Source of the DNA: Vicinamibacteria bacterium
GTDB lineage: Bacteria > Acidobacteriota > Vicinamibacteria > Marinacidobacterales > Marinacidobacteraceae
Assembly: GCA_965199715.1 (NCBI GenBank)
Contig: OZ241322.1
Span: 640,001-704,000, forward strand
Direction of reading: 5' to 3'
DNA: 64,000 nt
Shown piece after piece: positions 1-10,131 of this stretch. Each line of letters begins with the position of its first letter. Position 1 is the first letter of the stretch. The position numbers were made by a program, and so were the translations under genes. The notes below the pieces were generated by a model that saw only the letters and a list, made by a program, of their open reading frames with translations, made no database searches and was not told the DNA's origin.

Positions 1-376
1 CGGTCGGCGGAACCAGGTCCCGCCGGGGAAGCCGGACGAGCGCCGTCTGCGCGTGGTCGCCGGCCCCGCCGTCCTCCCGCGCCAGCTCCTTGTGGATGAA
101 CTCGGTGAACGCGGCGATCTCCTGCTGCATGCGCGCCATGCGGCCCCGCATCTCGAGGATGATGTCCACGCCGGCGAGATTCACGCCCATCTCGCGCAGG
201 TTCAGGATCGCCCGCAGCCGCTCGAGATCCTCCTCGCCATAGAGGCGGGTGTTCCCTTCGGTCCGCGACGGGCGCAGCAGGCCCTCCCGCTCGTACAGGC
301 GAAGGGTCTGCGGGTGGATGTCGAACATCTCGGCGACCGCGCTGATCATGTACAGGCCCTTGCGCTCCGGACTCAT
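1..376 (-). CDS. hspR: MerR-family heat-shock repressor HspR (3' end runs off the window)
   Basis: Not in the ORF track. Manual translation from ATG 376 (ATGA overlap with the dnaJ stop) gives MSPERKGLYMISAVAEMFDIHPQTLRLYEREGLLRPSRTEGNTRLY...GVNLAGV, the HspR signature; lies downstream of dnaK-dnaJ. Confidence 0.9.
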   Translation of the reverse strand, partial: MSPERKGLYMISAVAEMFDIHPQTLRLYEREGLLRPSRTEGNTRLYGEEDLERLRAILNLREMGVNLAGVDIILEMRGRMARMQQEIAAFTEFIHKELAREDGGAGDHAQTALVRLPRRDLVPPT

Positions 377-1485
377 GCCGATCCTCCGCCGAGCCGCTCG
401 GCCATGCCCTCGCGGGGCGACGCGGCGTTCCGTCGGTCCAGCTCCTCCACGAGCTCGCGGGAGCGGTCGTCGCGCACTTCCGGAATCCGGACGTTGACCT
501 CGAAGTAGAGATCGCCGCGGGTGTCGCCGCGCGCCGAGCGGGCCCCGCGCTCGGCAACCCGCAGGCGCGCTCCGGGCTGCATGCCGGGCGGAAGGCGCAG
601 CGTCACCGGACCGCTCGGGGTGGGCACCTCGATCCGCCCTCCGAGCGCCGCCTCCCGAAGCGTCAGCGTGAGCGGGCAGATGAGGTTGTCCCCGCGTCGC
701 TCGAGCAGCTCGTGCGGCTCCACCTGGACGTGCAGGTGGAGATCTCCGGGACGGCCGTCGCCCGCCCGCTCGTGCCCCTTGCCCGAGACGACCACGGTGG
801 CTCCGTCAGCGACCCCCGCGGGGACCCGGACGAGCTCCCGGCTGACCCGGATCCGGGCGCCGCGGCCGCCGCAGGAGTCGCACGGTCCCCGACCGAGGAG
901 GCCGCGGCCCTCGCACCGGGCGCAAGCTCGGGAGAACACCATGTGGCCGACCCGGCGGAACCGCCTCCCCTTGCCGGCGCAGGCGGCGCAGGGAACGGAC
1001 TCCTCGCGCGGAAGGGTGCCGCTGCCCTCGCAGGGCGGACAGGTCTCCCGGCGGGCGACCCGAAGCCGCACCGAACGCCCCTCGAGCGCCTCGCGGAAGG
1101 ACAGCTTGACCCGGCTGTGAAGGTCAGGCGGCGTCTCGGGGGCCCGCGGCTCCGGCGCCTTGCCGAGGACTTCGCGCAGATCGACGGCGGGATCCGCCGG
1201 TTCGTTCGCGAAATCGAAGCCGGCGAACCCCCAGGCGCGGGGCTTCGGCTCGGCGGCGGCGACCGCGCCGGCGCCGGTGCGGTCGTACTCGGAGCGCTTC
1301 CCCGGGTCGCGGAGGATGAGCCAGGCGGCGTGGATCTCGCGGTACCGGGCGGCCGCGAGCGGATCGCCTGGATTCAGGTCCGGGTGATACCGGCGGACCA
1401 GCCGCCGGTACGCCTGCCGGATGCGGGCGGTGCGAGCCGCCCGCTCGACCCCGAGAACCTGATAGTGGTCGCTTCCCCCAGCCAT
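373..1485 (-). CDS. dnaJ: Chaperone DnaJ
   Basis: J domain with HPD, four CxxCxGxG repeats, C-terminal GDL motifs. Confidence 0.93.
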   Translation of the reverse strand: MAGGSDHYQVLGVERAARTARIRQAYRRLVRRYHPDLNPGDPLAAARYREIHAAWLILRDPGKRSEYDRTGAGAVAAAEPKPRAWGFAGFDFANEPADPAVDLREVLGKAPEPRAPETPPDLHSRVKLSFREALEGRSVRLRVARRETCPPCEGSGTLPREESVPCAACAGKGRRFRRVGHMVFSRACARCEGRGLLGRGPCDSCGGRGARIRVSRELVRVPAGVADGATVVVSGKGHERAGDGRPGDLHLHVQVEPHELLERRGDNLICPLTLTLREAALGGRIEVPTPSGPVTLRLPPGMQPGARLRVAERGARSARGDTRGDLYFEVNVRIPEVRDDRSRELVEELDRRNAASPREGMAERLGGGSA

Positions 1486-1506
1486 GGTCGCCGCGCTCGC
1501 GCCCGA

Positions 1507-3426
1507 TCAGTCGCGGACGACCTCCGCATCGATGATGTCGTCGTCGCTCGCGGCCCCGTTGCCCTTTCCGGCCTCGCCGTGCGGCGGCGGAGGCGGAGGC
1601 GACGGGGCGCCTCCGGGCTGGTCGCCGGCGGCCTTCTTGTACATCGCCTCGGCGAGGCGGTGGCTGGCCTTCTCGAGGTCGGAACGGGCCGAGCGGACCC
1701 GCTCCATGTCGTCGCCGCCGAGCGCCGAACGGGCCTCGGCGACGGCCTTCTCGACGCCCTGGGCGGCCTCCGGAGCGATCTTGTCGCGGTTCTCGCCGAG
1801 CATCTTGTCGATCTGGTGGGCGAGGGAGTCGGTCTCGTTGCGGGTCTCGACCTCCTCCCGGCGCTGCTTGTCGGCGTCCTCGTTGGCGGTGGCCTCCGCC
1901 TTCATGGACTCGATCTCGTCCTTGTTCAGGCCGCTCGACGCGGTGATCGTGATGGCCTGCTCGCGCCCGGTCCCCTGATCCTTCGCGGAGACGTTCACGA
2001 TGCCGTTGGCGTCGATGTCGAACGTGACCTCGATCTGCGGCACGCCGCGGGGGGCCGGGGGGATTCCGACCAGGTTGAACTTGCCGAGCGTGCGGTTGTC
2101 GCCGGCCATGGCCCGCTCGCCCTGGAGCACGTGGATCTCGACCTGCGTCTGGTTGTCCCCCGCCGTCGAGAACGTCTCGCTCTTGCGGAACGGAATCGTC
2201 TGGTTCCGCTCGATGAGCCGCGTGAACACCCCGCCGAGCGTCTCGATGCCGAGCGAGAGCGGGGTGACGTCGAGGAGCAACAGGTCCTTCACGTCACCGC
2301 CGAGCACGCCCGCTTGCACCGCGGCCCCGAGCGCGACCACTTCGTCCGGGTTGACGCCCTGGTGGGGCTCGCACCCGAAGATGTCGCGCACGATCTTCTG
2401 GACGAGCGGGGCCCGGGTGGTGCCGCCGACGAGCACGACCTCGTCGATCGCCGAAGCGTCGAACTCGGCGTCCTGAAGCGCCTGCTCGCAGGGCTTGCGG
2501 GTGCGCTCGACGAGATCCCCGACGAGCGACTCGAGCGTCGCCCGGGAGAGGGTCAGCGCGAGATGCTTGGGACCCGAGCCGTCGGCGGTGATGAACGGCA
2601 GGTTGATCTCGGTCTGGTGCGTCGTCGAGAGCTCGATCTTGGCCTTCTCGGCCGCGTCCCTCAGCCGCTGCAGCGCCATCCGGTCGCCGCCGAGGTCCAC
2701 GCCGTCGGACTGCTTGAAGGAGTCCACGATCCAGTCGATGATCCGCTTGTCGAGGTCGTCGCCGCCGAGGTTCGTGTCGCCGTTGGTGGAGCGCACTTCC
2801 ACGACGCCCTCGCCCACCTCGAGGATCGAGATGTCGAAGGTGCCTCCGCCGAAGTCGTACACCGCGATCTTCTCGGCCTTCTTCTTCTCGAGTCCGTAGG
2901 CGAGCGCCGCCGCCGTGGGCTCGTTGACGATCCGGACGACCTCGAGGCCGGCGATCTCGCCCGCGTCCTTGGTCGCCTGCCGCTGGGAGTCGTTGAAGTA
3001 GGCCGGAACCGTGATCACCGCCCGTTCGACGTCCTCGCCGAGATGCTGCTCGGCGGCGCTCTTCATCTTCTGGAGCACCATCGCCGAGACCTGCGGCGGC
3101 GTGTAGCTCTTGCCGCTGAGCTCGACCTCGACCCCGCCGTCATTGCGGCTGCGGACCGCGTACGGGGCGGCGTCGCGCTCGCCCTCCACCTCGTCGAACC
3201 GCCGACCCATGAACCGCTTGATGGAGAACGCCGTGTTCGTGGGGTTCGTGATCGCCTGCCGCTTGGCGACCTCGCCGACGAGGCGCTCGCCCGAACGGGA
3301 GACCCCCACCACCGACGCCGTCGTCCGGCCGCCCTCGGTGTTGGGGATGATGGTGGGCTGCCCGCCCTCCATGACGGCCACGACCGAGTTGGTCGTGCCC
3401 AGGTCGATGCCGATGATCTTGCTCAT
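1507..3426 (-). CDS. dnaK: Chaperone DnaK (Hsp70)
   Basis: [25 protein letters not shown] and [15 protein letters not shown] motifs. Confidence 0.99.
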   Translation of the reverse strand: MSKIIGIDLGTTNSVVAVMEGGQPTIIPNTEGGRTTASVVGVSRSGERLVGEVAKRQAITNPTNTAFSIKRFMGRRFDEVEGERDAAPYAVRSRNDGGVEVELSGKSYTPPQVSAMVLQKMKSAAEQHLGEDVERAVITVPAYFNDSQRQATKDAGEIAGLEVVRIVNEPTAAALAYGLEKKKAEKIAVYDFGGGTFDISILEVGEGVVEVRSTNGDTNLGGDDLDKRIIDWIVDSFKQSDGVDLGGDRMALQRLRDAAEKAKIELSTTHQTEINLPFITADGSGPKHLALTLSRATLESLVGDLVERTRKPCEQALQDAEFDASAIDEVVLVGGTTRAPLVQKIVRDIFGCEPHQGVNPDEVVALGAAVQAGVLGGDVKDLLLLDVTPLSLGIETLGGVFTRLIERNQTIPFRKSETFSTAGDNQTQVEIHVLQGERAMAGDNRTLGKFNLVGIPPAPRGVPQIEVTFDIDANGIVNVSAKDQGTGREQAITITASSGLNKDEIESMKAEATANEDADKQRREEVETRNETDSLAHQIDKMLGENRDKIAPEAAQGVEKAVAEARSALGGDDMERVRSARSDLEKASHRLAEAMYKKAAGDQPGGAPSPPPPPPHGEAGKGNGAASDDDIIDAEVVRD

Positions 3427-3493
3427 TTGGGGATCGCGTCTCCAGGGGGAAGTTCCGGCGACTCGCGCCCGCCGGCGGCTTTAGCTGCCGCGT

Positions 3494-3523
3494 ACTATAT
3501 CATATGAGCACATCATTATCACA
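3494..3523 (-). promoter_or_regulatory. dnaK sigma70-type promoter with an overlapping degenerate HAIR-like operator
   Basis: AT-rich patch. Minus strand reads GTGATA (3522-3517), 17 bp, TATAGT (3499-3494) with a TGn extension. TATGAGC-N7-TATCACA (3503-3523) resembles HAIR CTTGAGT-N7-ACTCAAG. Confidence 0.55.
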
Positions 3524-3546
3524 TAGTGACCACGCCCGCACGCTGG

Positions 3547-4452
3547 TCACATGCCGGAGTCGAGCAGCTCCCGGATCGCCGGCTCCAGCTCTTCCCGCGC
3601 CTGGAAGTTCACGAAGTGGCGCGTGATCGTCCCGTCGCGACCGACGAGAAAAAGCGTCGGAAAGATGTTCACGTTCCCGAGCGCGGCCCGATCCTCCTCG
3701 GTCAGATGCAGGTTCTCGAAGGTGACGCCGCCCCGGTCGAGGTGGCCCTGCCGGTCGGAGTCCTGGTAGGGGAGCTTCAGCACCCGGTCCGCGTTCAGGC
3801 CCACGATCGTGAGCCCGGCTTCCCCCAGATCCTCGTGCAGGGACTGGAGCACCGGCGAGATCTGGACGCAGGGCGGACAGTCGGTGAACCACACGTACAC
3901 GAGCGTCGCGTCGTCCATCAGGGACGAGACCGACGCCTCGCCGCCGGCGAAGCGCTCGCCGAAGATCGGCGGAAGCGCGCGCCCCTCCCAGCCGGTGAGG
4001 CTGCGCGTCACGGCCTGGGCGAACCGCTGGTCGGCGGCGATCATGTCCTTGTCGATCGAGACGAGCTCCCCTTCGGAGTTCCGGGTCAGGAACCGGGGCA
4101 CGCGGGGGTCCGCCTCCATGATGCGGAGCACGATGTCCGCGCCTTCCTCGCCGTAGAGCGAGAACTGGCCCGCGATCTCGGCGAGCGTGGGGAGGCGCTC
4201 CTCCCTCCCCTCGAACTCGGCGACGAAGAGCGGCACCCGGAAGAACACGTCGTTCAGGCGGCCGAGCGCGCGCTGCTCGTCCGGAGCGGAAAAGCGCTCC
4301 ACGAGCTCCGACAGGAGCAGCCGCTCGCCCGGGACGAGCGTGTCGCGCACGTGCTCGAGGATGCGGCGCTCGGCGTCCGCCGGCGACTGCGCGGCGGCGC
4401 CCGGAAGCCACAGGGCGCCGAGAAGGACCAAGATCAGCGGGAGACGGTTCAT
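3547..4452 (-). CDS. Exported TlpA/redoxin-family thioredoxin-fold protein
   Basis: Signal peptide MNRLPLILVLLG; C-terminal WFTDCPPC and FPTLFLVGRDG. Start chosen because TAGAAT lies 7 nt upstream. Confidence 0.75.
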   Translation of the reverse strand: MNRLPLILVLLGALWLPGAAAQSPADAERRILEHVRDTLVPGERLLLSELVERFSAPDEQRALGRLNDVFFRVPLFVAEFEGREERLPTLAEIAGQFSLYGEEGADIVLRIMEADPRVPRFLTRNSEGELVSIDKDMIAADQRFAQAVTRSLTGWEGRALPPIFGERFAGGEASVSSLMDDATLVYVWFTDCPPCVQISPVLQSLHEDLGEAGLTIVGLNADRVLKLPYQDSDRQGHLDRGGVTFENLHLTEEDRAALGNVNIFPTLFLVGRDGTITRHFVNFQAREELEPAIRELLDSGM

Positions 4453-4513
4453 GCCCGCCATTCTACGAAGCCGCCGGGCCGGCCGCCCTGGGGCGCGGTT
4501 TAGACTCGCGCCC

Positions 4514-5857
4514 GTGTTCCGATCGCTCGCCGCCGCCCTCGCCGCCGCCGCGCTGGCCGGCTGCGCCGCCCGTCCCCTTCCGGAGATCCCGACAGTTCCG
4601 TTCGAGCACTGGAGGTACGCCGAGACGGCGGACGTGTCGCTCTCCGGGGGAGCGGCGGCGTTGTGGGGCGAGATCCGGGCCGGACAGCTGCGGCAGGCCA
4701 CCGACACCCTCATGGGCCTCGAGGCGGCGGCCCCCGGCGACGCGACCACGCTCGCGCTCGCCGGCTTCCTCGATGTCCGGCTCGGGCGGCTCGACGACGC
4801 GGAGGTTCGTTTCGGGGACGCGGCCCGCGCCGACGGCGCGAGCGGCCTCGCGCTCCTCGGCGGCGCGCTGCTCGCGCTGGAGCGCGGGGACGCGGAAGCC
4901 GCCTTCCCGCGGCTGCGGCGGCTGGCCGAACTGGCCCCGGACGCTCCGGTCGTCGTGGACTTCCTTCCCGACATGACCCTCGACGCCGCGGAGTCCCGAC
5001 TGACCGAGGCGCGTCGGCTCGCGGCTGACGGGGCGTCGGCCGGAGACGTGGCGAGGGGCTACGAAGCCGCGCTCGAGCTGGTGCCGGACGCGGGCGGCCT
5101 GCTCGTCGAGGCCGCGGACGCGGCGCTCGCGGCGGGCGCTCCTTCGACCGCGCTCGGCTGGTACGACGAGGCCGCCCGCGACGCCGAGGGGCTCGAGACC
5201 CAACTGGGGATTCGGCTCGGAGCCGTCGACGCGGCGCTCCTCGCCGGCGATCCGGATGAGGCCGCCGCACGGCTCGGCGCCGTCCGTTCCGAGCTGGAGG
5301 CCAACCGGTTCCCCGCGATGGACGAGCGCGCCCGGGCGCTCGAGTCCCGTATCGAGCGCGCCCGGCTCCCGGCGGCCTACCAGCGCATCCGGGAATCCGA
5401 ACGAATCAGCCGGGAGGAGCTCGCCGCGGTGCTGGCGGCGGAACTGGGTTCGGCCAGCGCCTCGGCCCCGGTGATCGCCATCGACATCGAACGAAGCTGG
5501 GCGGCCGGCATGATCCGCGAAGCGGTGGCCGCGGGCTACCTCGCGCTGTTCCCCGACCACACCTTCCAGCCGCGCGGCCTCGTCAGCCGGGCCGCGCTCG
5601 CCGAATCGCTCGCGAACGCGCTCTCCGTCCACGATCCGGATCGCTACCGGGCGGCCGGGGCGGCCAGTCGGGAACGCGCCTTCGGCGACCTTGCGGCGCG
5701 CCATCCCCAGCGCGACGCGGCCGCGATCGCCGTCGAGCTCGGGCTGCTGACGGCCCGCGACGGCCGGTTCGCGCCGCGGGACTTCGCGTCGGGGGCCGAG
5801 GCGGTGCGGGCGGTGTTCGCGCTGCGCGACCTGCTCGACCTGAACCGGCCCGGCTGA
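4514..5857 (+). CDS. Lipoprotein with TPR-like repeats and C-terminal SLH-like domains
   Basis: GTG start, lipobox LAGC, helical Ala-rich repeats; SLH-like DIERSWAAGMI...FPDHTFQP...SRA and FGDL...HP...GLL...FAP. Confidence 0.7.
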   Translation: MFRSLAAALAAAALAGCAARPLPEIPTVPFEHWRYAETADVSLSGGAAALWGEIRAGQLRQATDTLMGLEAAAPGDATTLALAGFLDVRLGRLDDAEVRFGDAARADGASGLALLGGALLALERGDAEAAFPRLRRLAELAPDAPVVVDFLPDMTLDAAESRLTEARRLAADGASAGDVARGYEAALELVPDAGGLLVEAADAALAAGAPSTALGWYDEAARDAEGLETQLGIRLGAVDAALLAGDPDEAAARLGAVRSELEANRFPAMDERARALESRIERARLPAAYQRIRESERISREELAAVLAAELGSASASAPVIAIDIERSWAAGMIREAVAAGYLALFPDHTFQPRGLVSRAALAESLANALSVHDPDRYRAAGAASRERAFGDLAARHPQRDAAAIAVELGLLTARDGRFAPRDFASGAEAVRAVFALRDLLDLNRPG

Positions 5858-5874
5858 CCTCCGGTCTTTCTCCG

Positions 5875-7380
5875 GTGACGATCCCTTCCCGCGAGGACTT
5901 CGGCCGCCTGGCCGAGTCGCACAACCTGATCCCGATCCGGCGCGAGATCCTCGCCGACTGCGTGACGCCGGTCTCCACCTTCCGCCGCATCGCCGGGGAC
6001 GGGCCGTCGTTCCTCATGGAGTCGGTCGAGGGCGGCGAGCACGTGGCCCGCTACACGTTCCTCGGGACGGCCCCGCGGATGGTCGTCGAGAGCAACGGCG
6101 ACCGGATCGTCCACCGCGGGCCCGGCGGCGAGGTTCTCCGCGAGTTCCGGCACCCGGACCCGCTCGCCGCGATGCGGGAGACGATCCGGGGCACGCGGGC
6201 CGCTCCGGTTCCCGGGCTGCCGCCGTTCTCGGGCGGCTACGTGGGGGTTCTCGGGTACGACGCCGCCCGCCGGTACGAAAGGCTCCCGGACCGCTCCCGC
6301 GCCACCGCGACGACCCCGGACTCGGTGTTCCTGCTCGCCGACACGGTCCTCGCCTTCGACCAGGCGCGCCACGTGATCCAGATCATCGTGAACGCCCACG
6401 TGCCCGATCCCTCGCAGGCGGACCGCGCGTGGGAGGAGGCGACCCAGCGCGTCGATTCGGTGGTCGCGCTGCTCGAGCGGCCGGAGGCGGAGATCCGCCC
6501 CTACGGCCGTTCCCGAGCCGACGGACCGCGCTGCGCGTTCCCCGGCGCCGACTCCAACATGGACCGCCACCGCTACGTCGAGGCGGTGCGCCGCGCCAAG
6601 GAGTACATCGGCGGCGGAGACATCATCCAGGTCGTTCCCTCCCAGCGGTTCCGCTCGAGGCTGACCGTCCACCCGTTCGAGTTCTACCGGGCGCTGCGGG
6701 TCGTCAACCCCTCGCCCTACATGTACTACCTCGACCTCGGAAACCTCGTGATCGCCGGCGCGTCCCCCGAGATGATGACCCGCACGACGGGGGACGAGGT
6801 GGAGACGCGGCCGATCGCCGGCACCCGGCCCAGGGGGGCCAACCCGAGCGAGGACCGCGAGCTCGCCGAGGATCTGCTGGCGGACGAGAAGGAGCGCGCC
6901 GAGCACGTCATGCTCGTGGATCTCGCGCGGAACGACATCGGCCGGGTGGCCCGCTACGGCGAGGTGCACGTGGACGACTTCATGACGATCGAGCGCTACT
7001 CGCACGTCATGCACATCGTCTCGAGAGTGCGCGGCCGGCTCCGGGCGGACTGCGACGCCTTCGACGCGCTGCGCGCTACCTTTCCCGCCGGCACGCTCTC
7101 GGGCGCGCCCAAGATCCGCGCCATGGAGATCATCGACGAGCTGGAGCGCGAGCGGCGCGGCGTGTACGGCGGCGCGGTGGGCTACTTCTCCTACGGCGGC
7201 GACTCGGACACCGCCATCGCCATCCGCACGCTCGTCGCGCAGGACGGGGTCGCCTCGTTCCAGGCCGGCGGCGGCGTGGTCGCCGATTCGGACCCGGAAG
7301 CCGAGTACGAGGAGAGCCGGAACAAGGCCGGAGCGGTGCTGCAGGCGCTCGCCATGGCGCACGAGGGAGGGTTCCGATGA
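5875..7380 (+). CDS. trpE: Anthranilate synthase component I
   Basis: MESVEGG, NPSPYM, PIAGTRPRG, EHVMLVDLARND and FPAGTLSGAPK motifs. Confidence 0.92.
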   Translation: MTIPSREDFGRLAESHNLIPIRREILADCVTPVSTFRRIAGDGPSFLMESVEGGEHVARYTFLGTAPRMVVESNGDRIVHRGPGGEVLREFRHPDPLAAMRETIRGTRAAPVPGLPPFSGGYVGVLGYDAARRYERLPDRSRATATTPDSVFLLADTVLAFDQARHVIQIIVNAHVPDPSQADRAWEEATQRVDSVVALLERPEAEIRPYGRSRADGPRCAFPGADSNMDRHRYVEAVRRAKEYIGGGDIIQVVPSQRFRSRLTVHPFEFYRALRVVNPSPYMYYLDLGNLVIAGASPEMMTRTTGDEVETRPIAGTRPRGANPSEDRELAEDLLADEKERAEHVMLVDLARNDIGRVARYGEVHVDDFMTIERYSHVMHIVSRVRGRLRADCDAFDALRATFPAGTLSGAPKIRAMEIIDELERERRGVYGGAVGYFSYGGDSDTAIAIRTLVAQDGVASFQAGGGVVADSDPEAEYEESRNKAGAVLQALAMAHEGGFR

Positions 7381-7955
7381 CGCTCGTCCTCGACAACTTC
7401 GACTCGTTCACCTACAACCTCGTCCAGTTGCTCGGCTCGCTCGGGGCGAATCCCCGCGCCGTCCGCAACGACGCCTGGTCGGTGGCCGACGTCCGGGAGC
7501 GGGCGCCCGACCGGATTGTGCTCTCGCCGGGCCCCGGATGGCCGAAGGACGCCGGCGTCTCGCTCGATCTGATCCGCGCGTTGGGGGGCGCGATCCCGAT
7601 CCTCGGCGTCTGCCTCGGGCACCAGTGCGTCGTGCAGGCGTTCGGCGGATCCATCCGCCGGGCGCGGCGGCTGGTGCACGGAAAGACGTCCCTCATCCGC
7701 CACTCCGGGGCCGAACTCTTCGACGGGCTGGACGACCCGTTCGCCGGAATGCGCTATCACTCCCTCGTGGCCGCCGAACCGCTCCCCTCCGACCTCGAAG
7801 TGACCGCCAGGTCGAACGACGACGGGGAGGTCATGGGCGTCCGGCACCGCAGCCTGCCCATCTGGGGCGTCCAGTTCCATCCGGAATCCATACTCTCGCC
7901 AGCGGGGACGGACATCCTCGCTAATTTCCTCGAGCTCACCAACGCCGATTCCTGA
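7377..7955 (+). CDS. trpG: Anthranilate synthase component II (glutamine amidotransferase)
   Basis: DNFDSFTYNL, SPGPG, GVCLGHQ, QFHPES; ATGA overlap with trpE. Confidence 0.92.
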   Translation: MTLVLDNFDSFTYNLVQLLGSLGANPRAVRNDAWSVADVRERAPDRIVLSPGPGWPKDAGVSLDLIRALGGAIPILGVCLGHQCVVQAFGGSIRRARRLVHGKTSLIRHSGAELFDGLDDPFAGMRYHSLVAAEPLPSDLEVTARSNDDGEVMGVRHRSLPIWGVQFHPESILSPAGTDILANFLELTNADS

Positions 7956-7956
7956 C

Positions 7957-9018
7957 ATGCACGAACACGAACCGGAGACCATGGTCCTCGTGATGACTCC
8001 CTGGGCGCGGGAGTCGGAGCTGGAACACCTCGTCAAGGTCATCGAGGAGAAGTCGCTCGACCGCGCCATCTACCGAAGCCCGGTCCGCACCCGGGTCCAC
8101 GTCCTGGGCGATCTCTCCCGCGAGAACGAGGCGCACTGGCGCACGCTGCCCGGCGTGGAGCAGGTGTTCGGCCTGAAGAAGCCGTACCGCCTGGCGAACC
8201 GCACCCATCGGAAGTCGCAGACGCGGATCCCGATCGGCAGCCAGGAGCTCGGCGGCGGGGACCTCGTGATCGTCGCCGGACCCTGCGCCCTCGAGAGCGA
8301 GGAGCAGGGCTTCGAGGCGGCCCGCATGGTGGCGGACCTCGGCCTCGAGATCATGCGGGCGTCGGCGTTCAAGCCGCGCACGTCCCCCTATTCGTTCCAG
8401 GGGCTCGGGATCGAGGGTCTGCGCATCCTGAACCGGATCGGCCAGGAGACCGGAATCCTCGTGGAGACCGAGGTGATGGACGTGCGCGACGTGGAGATCG
8501 CGGCCGACCTCGTGGACGTGCTGCGCATCGGCGCCCGCAACATGCAGAACTTCGACCTGTTGCGCGAGATGGCGCAGGTCCGGAACCCGGTGATCCTCAA
8601 GCGCGGGGCGTCGAACACGATCCGCGAATTCCTGCTCGCCGCCGAGTACATCCTGCGCGGCAACGGCAACGTCATCCTGTGCGAGCGCGGCATCCGCACG
8701 TTCGAGACCGCGTACCGCAACACGCTCGACGTGGGGGCGATCGCGCTCCTGAAGCAGGAGACGCACTTGCCGGTGATCGCCGATCCGAGCCACGCCGCCG
8801 GAAACAAGACCCTCGTGCCGGCGCTCGCCATGGCGGCGGCGGCGGCTGGCGCGGACGGGCTCCTGATCGAGGTGCATCCGAACCCCGCGGTGGCGCTCAG
8901 CGACGGCGACCAGTCGCTGTACCCGGACCAGTTCGTCCAGCTCCTCGGCGACCTGAGGCGGGTCAGCGGAGCCGTCGGGAAGCGAGTGCTCGAGACCCGG
9001 ACCTCCGTCGCGACCTGA
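7957..9018 (+). CDS. aroF: DAHP synthase type I-beta with N-terminal regulatory (ACT-like) domain
   Basis: AGPC, FKPRTSPYSFQG, IGARNMQNF, LCERGIRTF and DPSH motifs. Confidence 0.93.
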   Translation: MHEHEPETMVLVMTPWARESELEHLVKVIEEKSLDRAIYRSPVRTRVHVLGDLSRENEAHWRTLPGVEQVFGLKKPYRLANRTHRKSQTRIPIGSQELGGGDLVIVAGPCALESEEQGFEAARMVADLGLEIMRASAFKPRTSPYSFQGLGIEGLRILNRIGQETGILVETEVMDVRDVEIAADLVDVLRIGARNMQNFDLLREMAQVRNPVILKRGASNTIREFLLAAEYILRGNGNVILCERGIRTFETAYRNTLDVGAIALLKQETHLPVIADPSHAAGNKTLVPALAMAAAAAGADGLLIEVHPNPAVALSDGDQSLYPDQFVQLLGDLRRVSGAVGKRVLETRTSVAT

Positions 9019-9024
9019 CCGCGC

Positions 9025-10131
9025 ATGGGGACCGACCGGACGGTCACCGTCTCCACTCGCGTCGGCGGAACCTACTCCGTCCGGATCGGCGAGGGCGCTC
9101 TCGCCGCGCTCCCGGCGTCGCTCGCCGCGCTCGGTCCCGGGCGCCGGACGGCCGTCGTCGTGGACTCGAACGTCCTCGCGCGCCATCGGGACCGGATCGC
9201 CGCCCGGCTTCCGAAGGACGCCGCGTTCCTGACGCTTCCGGCCGGCGAGGCGAACAAGACGCGCGCCTCGAAGGAACGGATCGAGGACGAGCTGATCGCC
9301 CGCCGGTTCGGAAGGGACAGCGTCCTCATCGGATTCGGCGGGGGCGTCACCACCGACCTCGCGGGATTCGTCGCGGCCACGTACCTCCGGGGCGTCCCCT
9401 TCGTGGGCGTCCCCACGACGCTGCTCGCTGCGGTGGACGCCTCGGTCGGCGGCAAGACGGGCGTGAACACCCCGGCGGGCAAGAACCTCATCGGCGCGTT
9501 CCGGCAGCCCGCGGCGGTCCTCGTGGACACGGGGCTTTTCAAGACGCTCCCCGAAGCCGAGCTGCGCAACGGGCTCGCCGAGTCGGTGAAGATGGCGGCG
9601 ACGAGCGACCCCGAGCACTTCGCCGAGCTCGAGGAAGCCGGGAGCGCGCTGCTGCGCGCCGACCCCGACGCGCTCGCCCGCCTCGTCCGCCGGAGCGTGT
9701 CGGTGAAGGCGCAGATCGTGCGCGAGGACGAGAAGGAGGCGGGCCCACGGGAAATCCTCAACTTCGGGCACACCGTGGGGCACGCCATCGAACACGCGAC
9801 CGGATATCGGATGCGCCACGGCTTCGCCGTCGCCGTGGGCATGGCGGCGGAGAGCCGCATGGCGGAACGCGCCGGACGCCTCGCCGAGGCCGAAGGCGAC
9901 CGGCTCCGGGGCCTGCTCGCGGCGCTGGACCTCCCCACCCGTTTCGGCGGGGCCTCCCGGCGGAGCGTCGTCGCCGCTTTCGGGTCCGACAAGAAGGCCC
10001 GCGGCGGAGAGGCCCGCTTCGTCACGCTGACCGCGATCGGCGCAGTGCGTCGGGACGGCGGGCGGTTCTCGCACCCCATGGATCCCGCGGCGGTCGAATA
10101 CGGCCTCGACCGGACCGGGCTTTCGGCCTGA
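9025..10131 (+). CDS. aroB: 3-dehydroquinate synthase
   Basis: GGGVTTDLAGF, PTTLLAAVDASVGGKTG, KNLIGAF and LNFGHTVGHAIE motifs. Confidence 0.95.
   Translation: MGTDRTVTVSTRVGGTYSVRIGEGALAALPASLAALGPGRRTAVVVDSNVLARHRDRIAARLPKDAAFLTLPAGEANKTRASKERIEDELIARRFGRDSVLIGFGGGVTTDLAGFVAATYLRGVPFVGVPTTLLAAVDASVGGKTGVNTPAGKNLIGAFRQPAAVLVDTGLFKTLPEAELRNGLAESVKMAATSDPEHFAELEEAGSALLRADPDALARLVRRSVSVKAQIVREDEKEAGPREILNFGHTVGHAIEHATGYRMRHGFAVAVGMAAESRMAERAGRLAEAEGDRLRGLLAALDLPTRFGGASRRSVVAAFGSDKKARGGEARFVTLTAIGAVRRDGGRFSHPMDPAAVEYGLDRTGLSA

Noticed and set aside
712-3507. 931-aa ORF on the + strand
   Set aside because: Antisense shadow of dnaK/dnaJ caused by GC3 codon bias; a well-known artefact opposite hsp70 genes.
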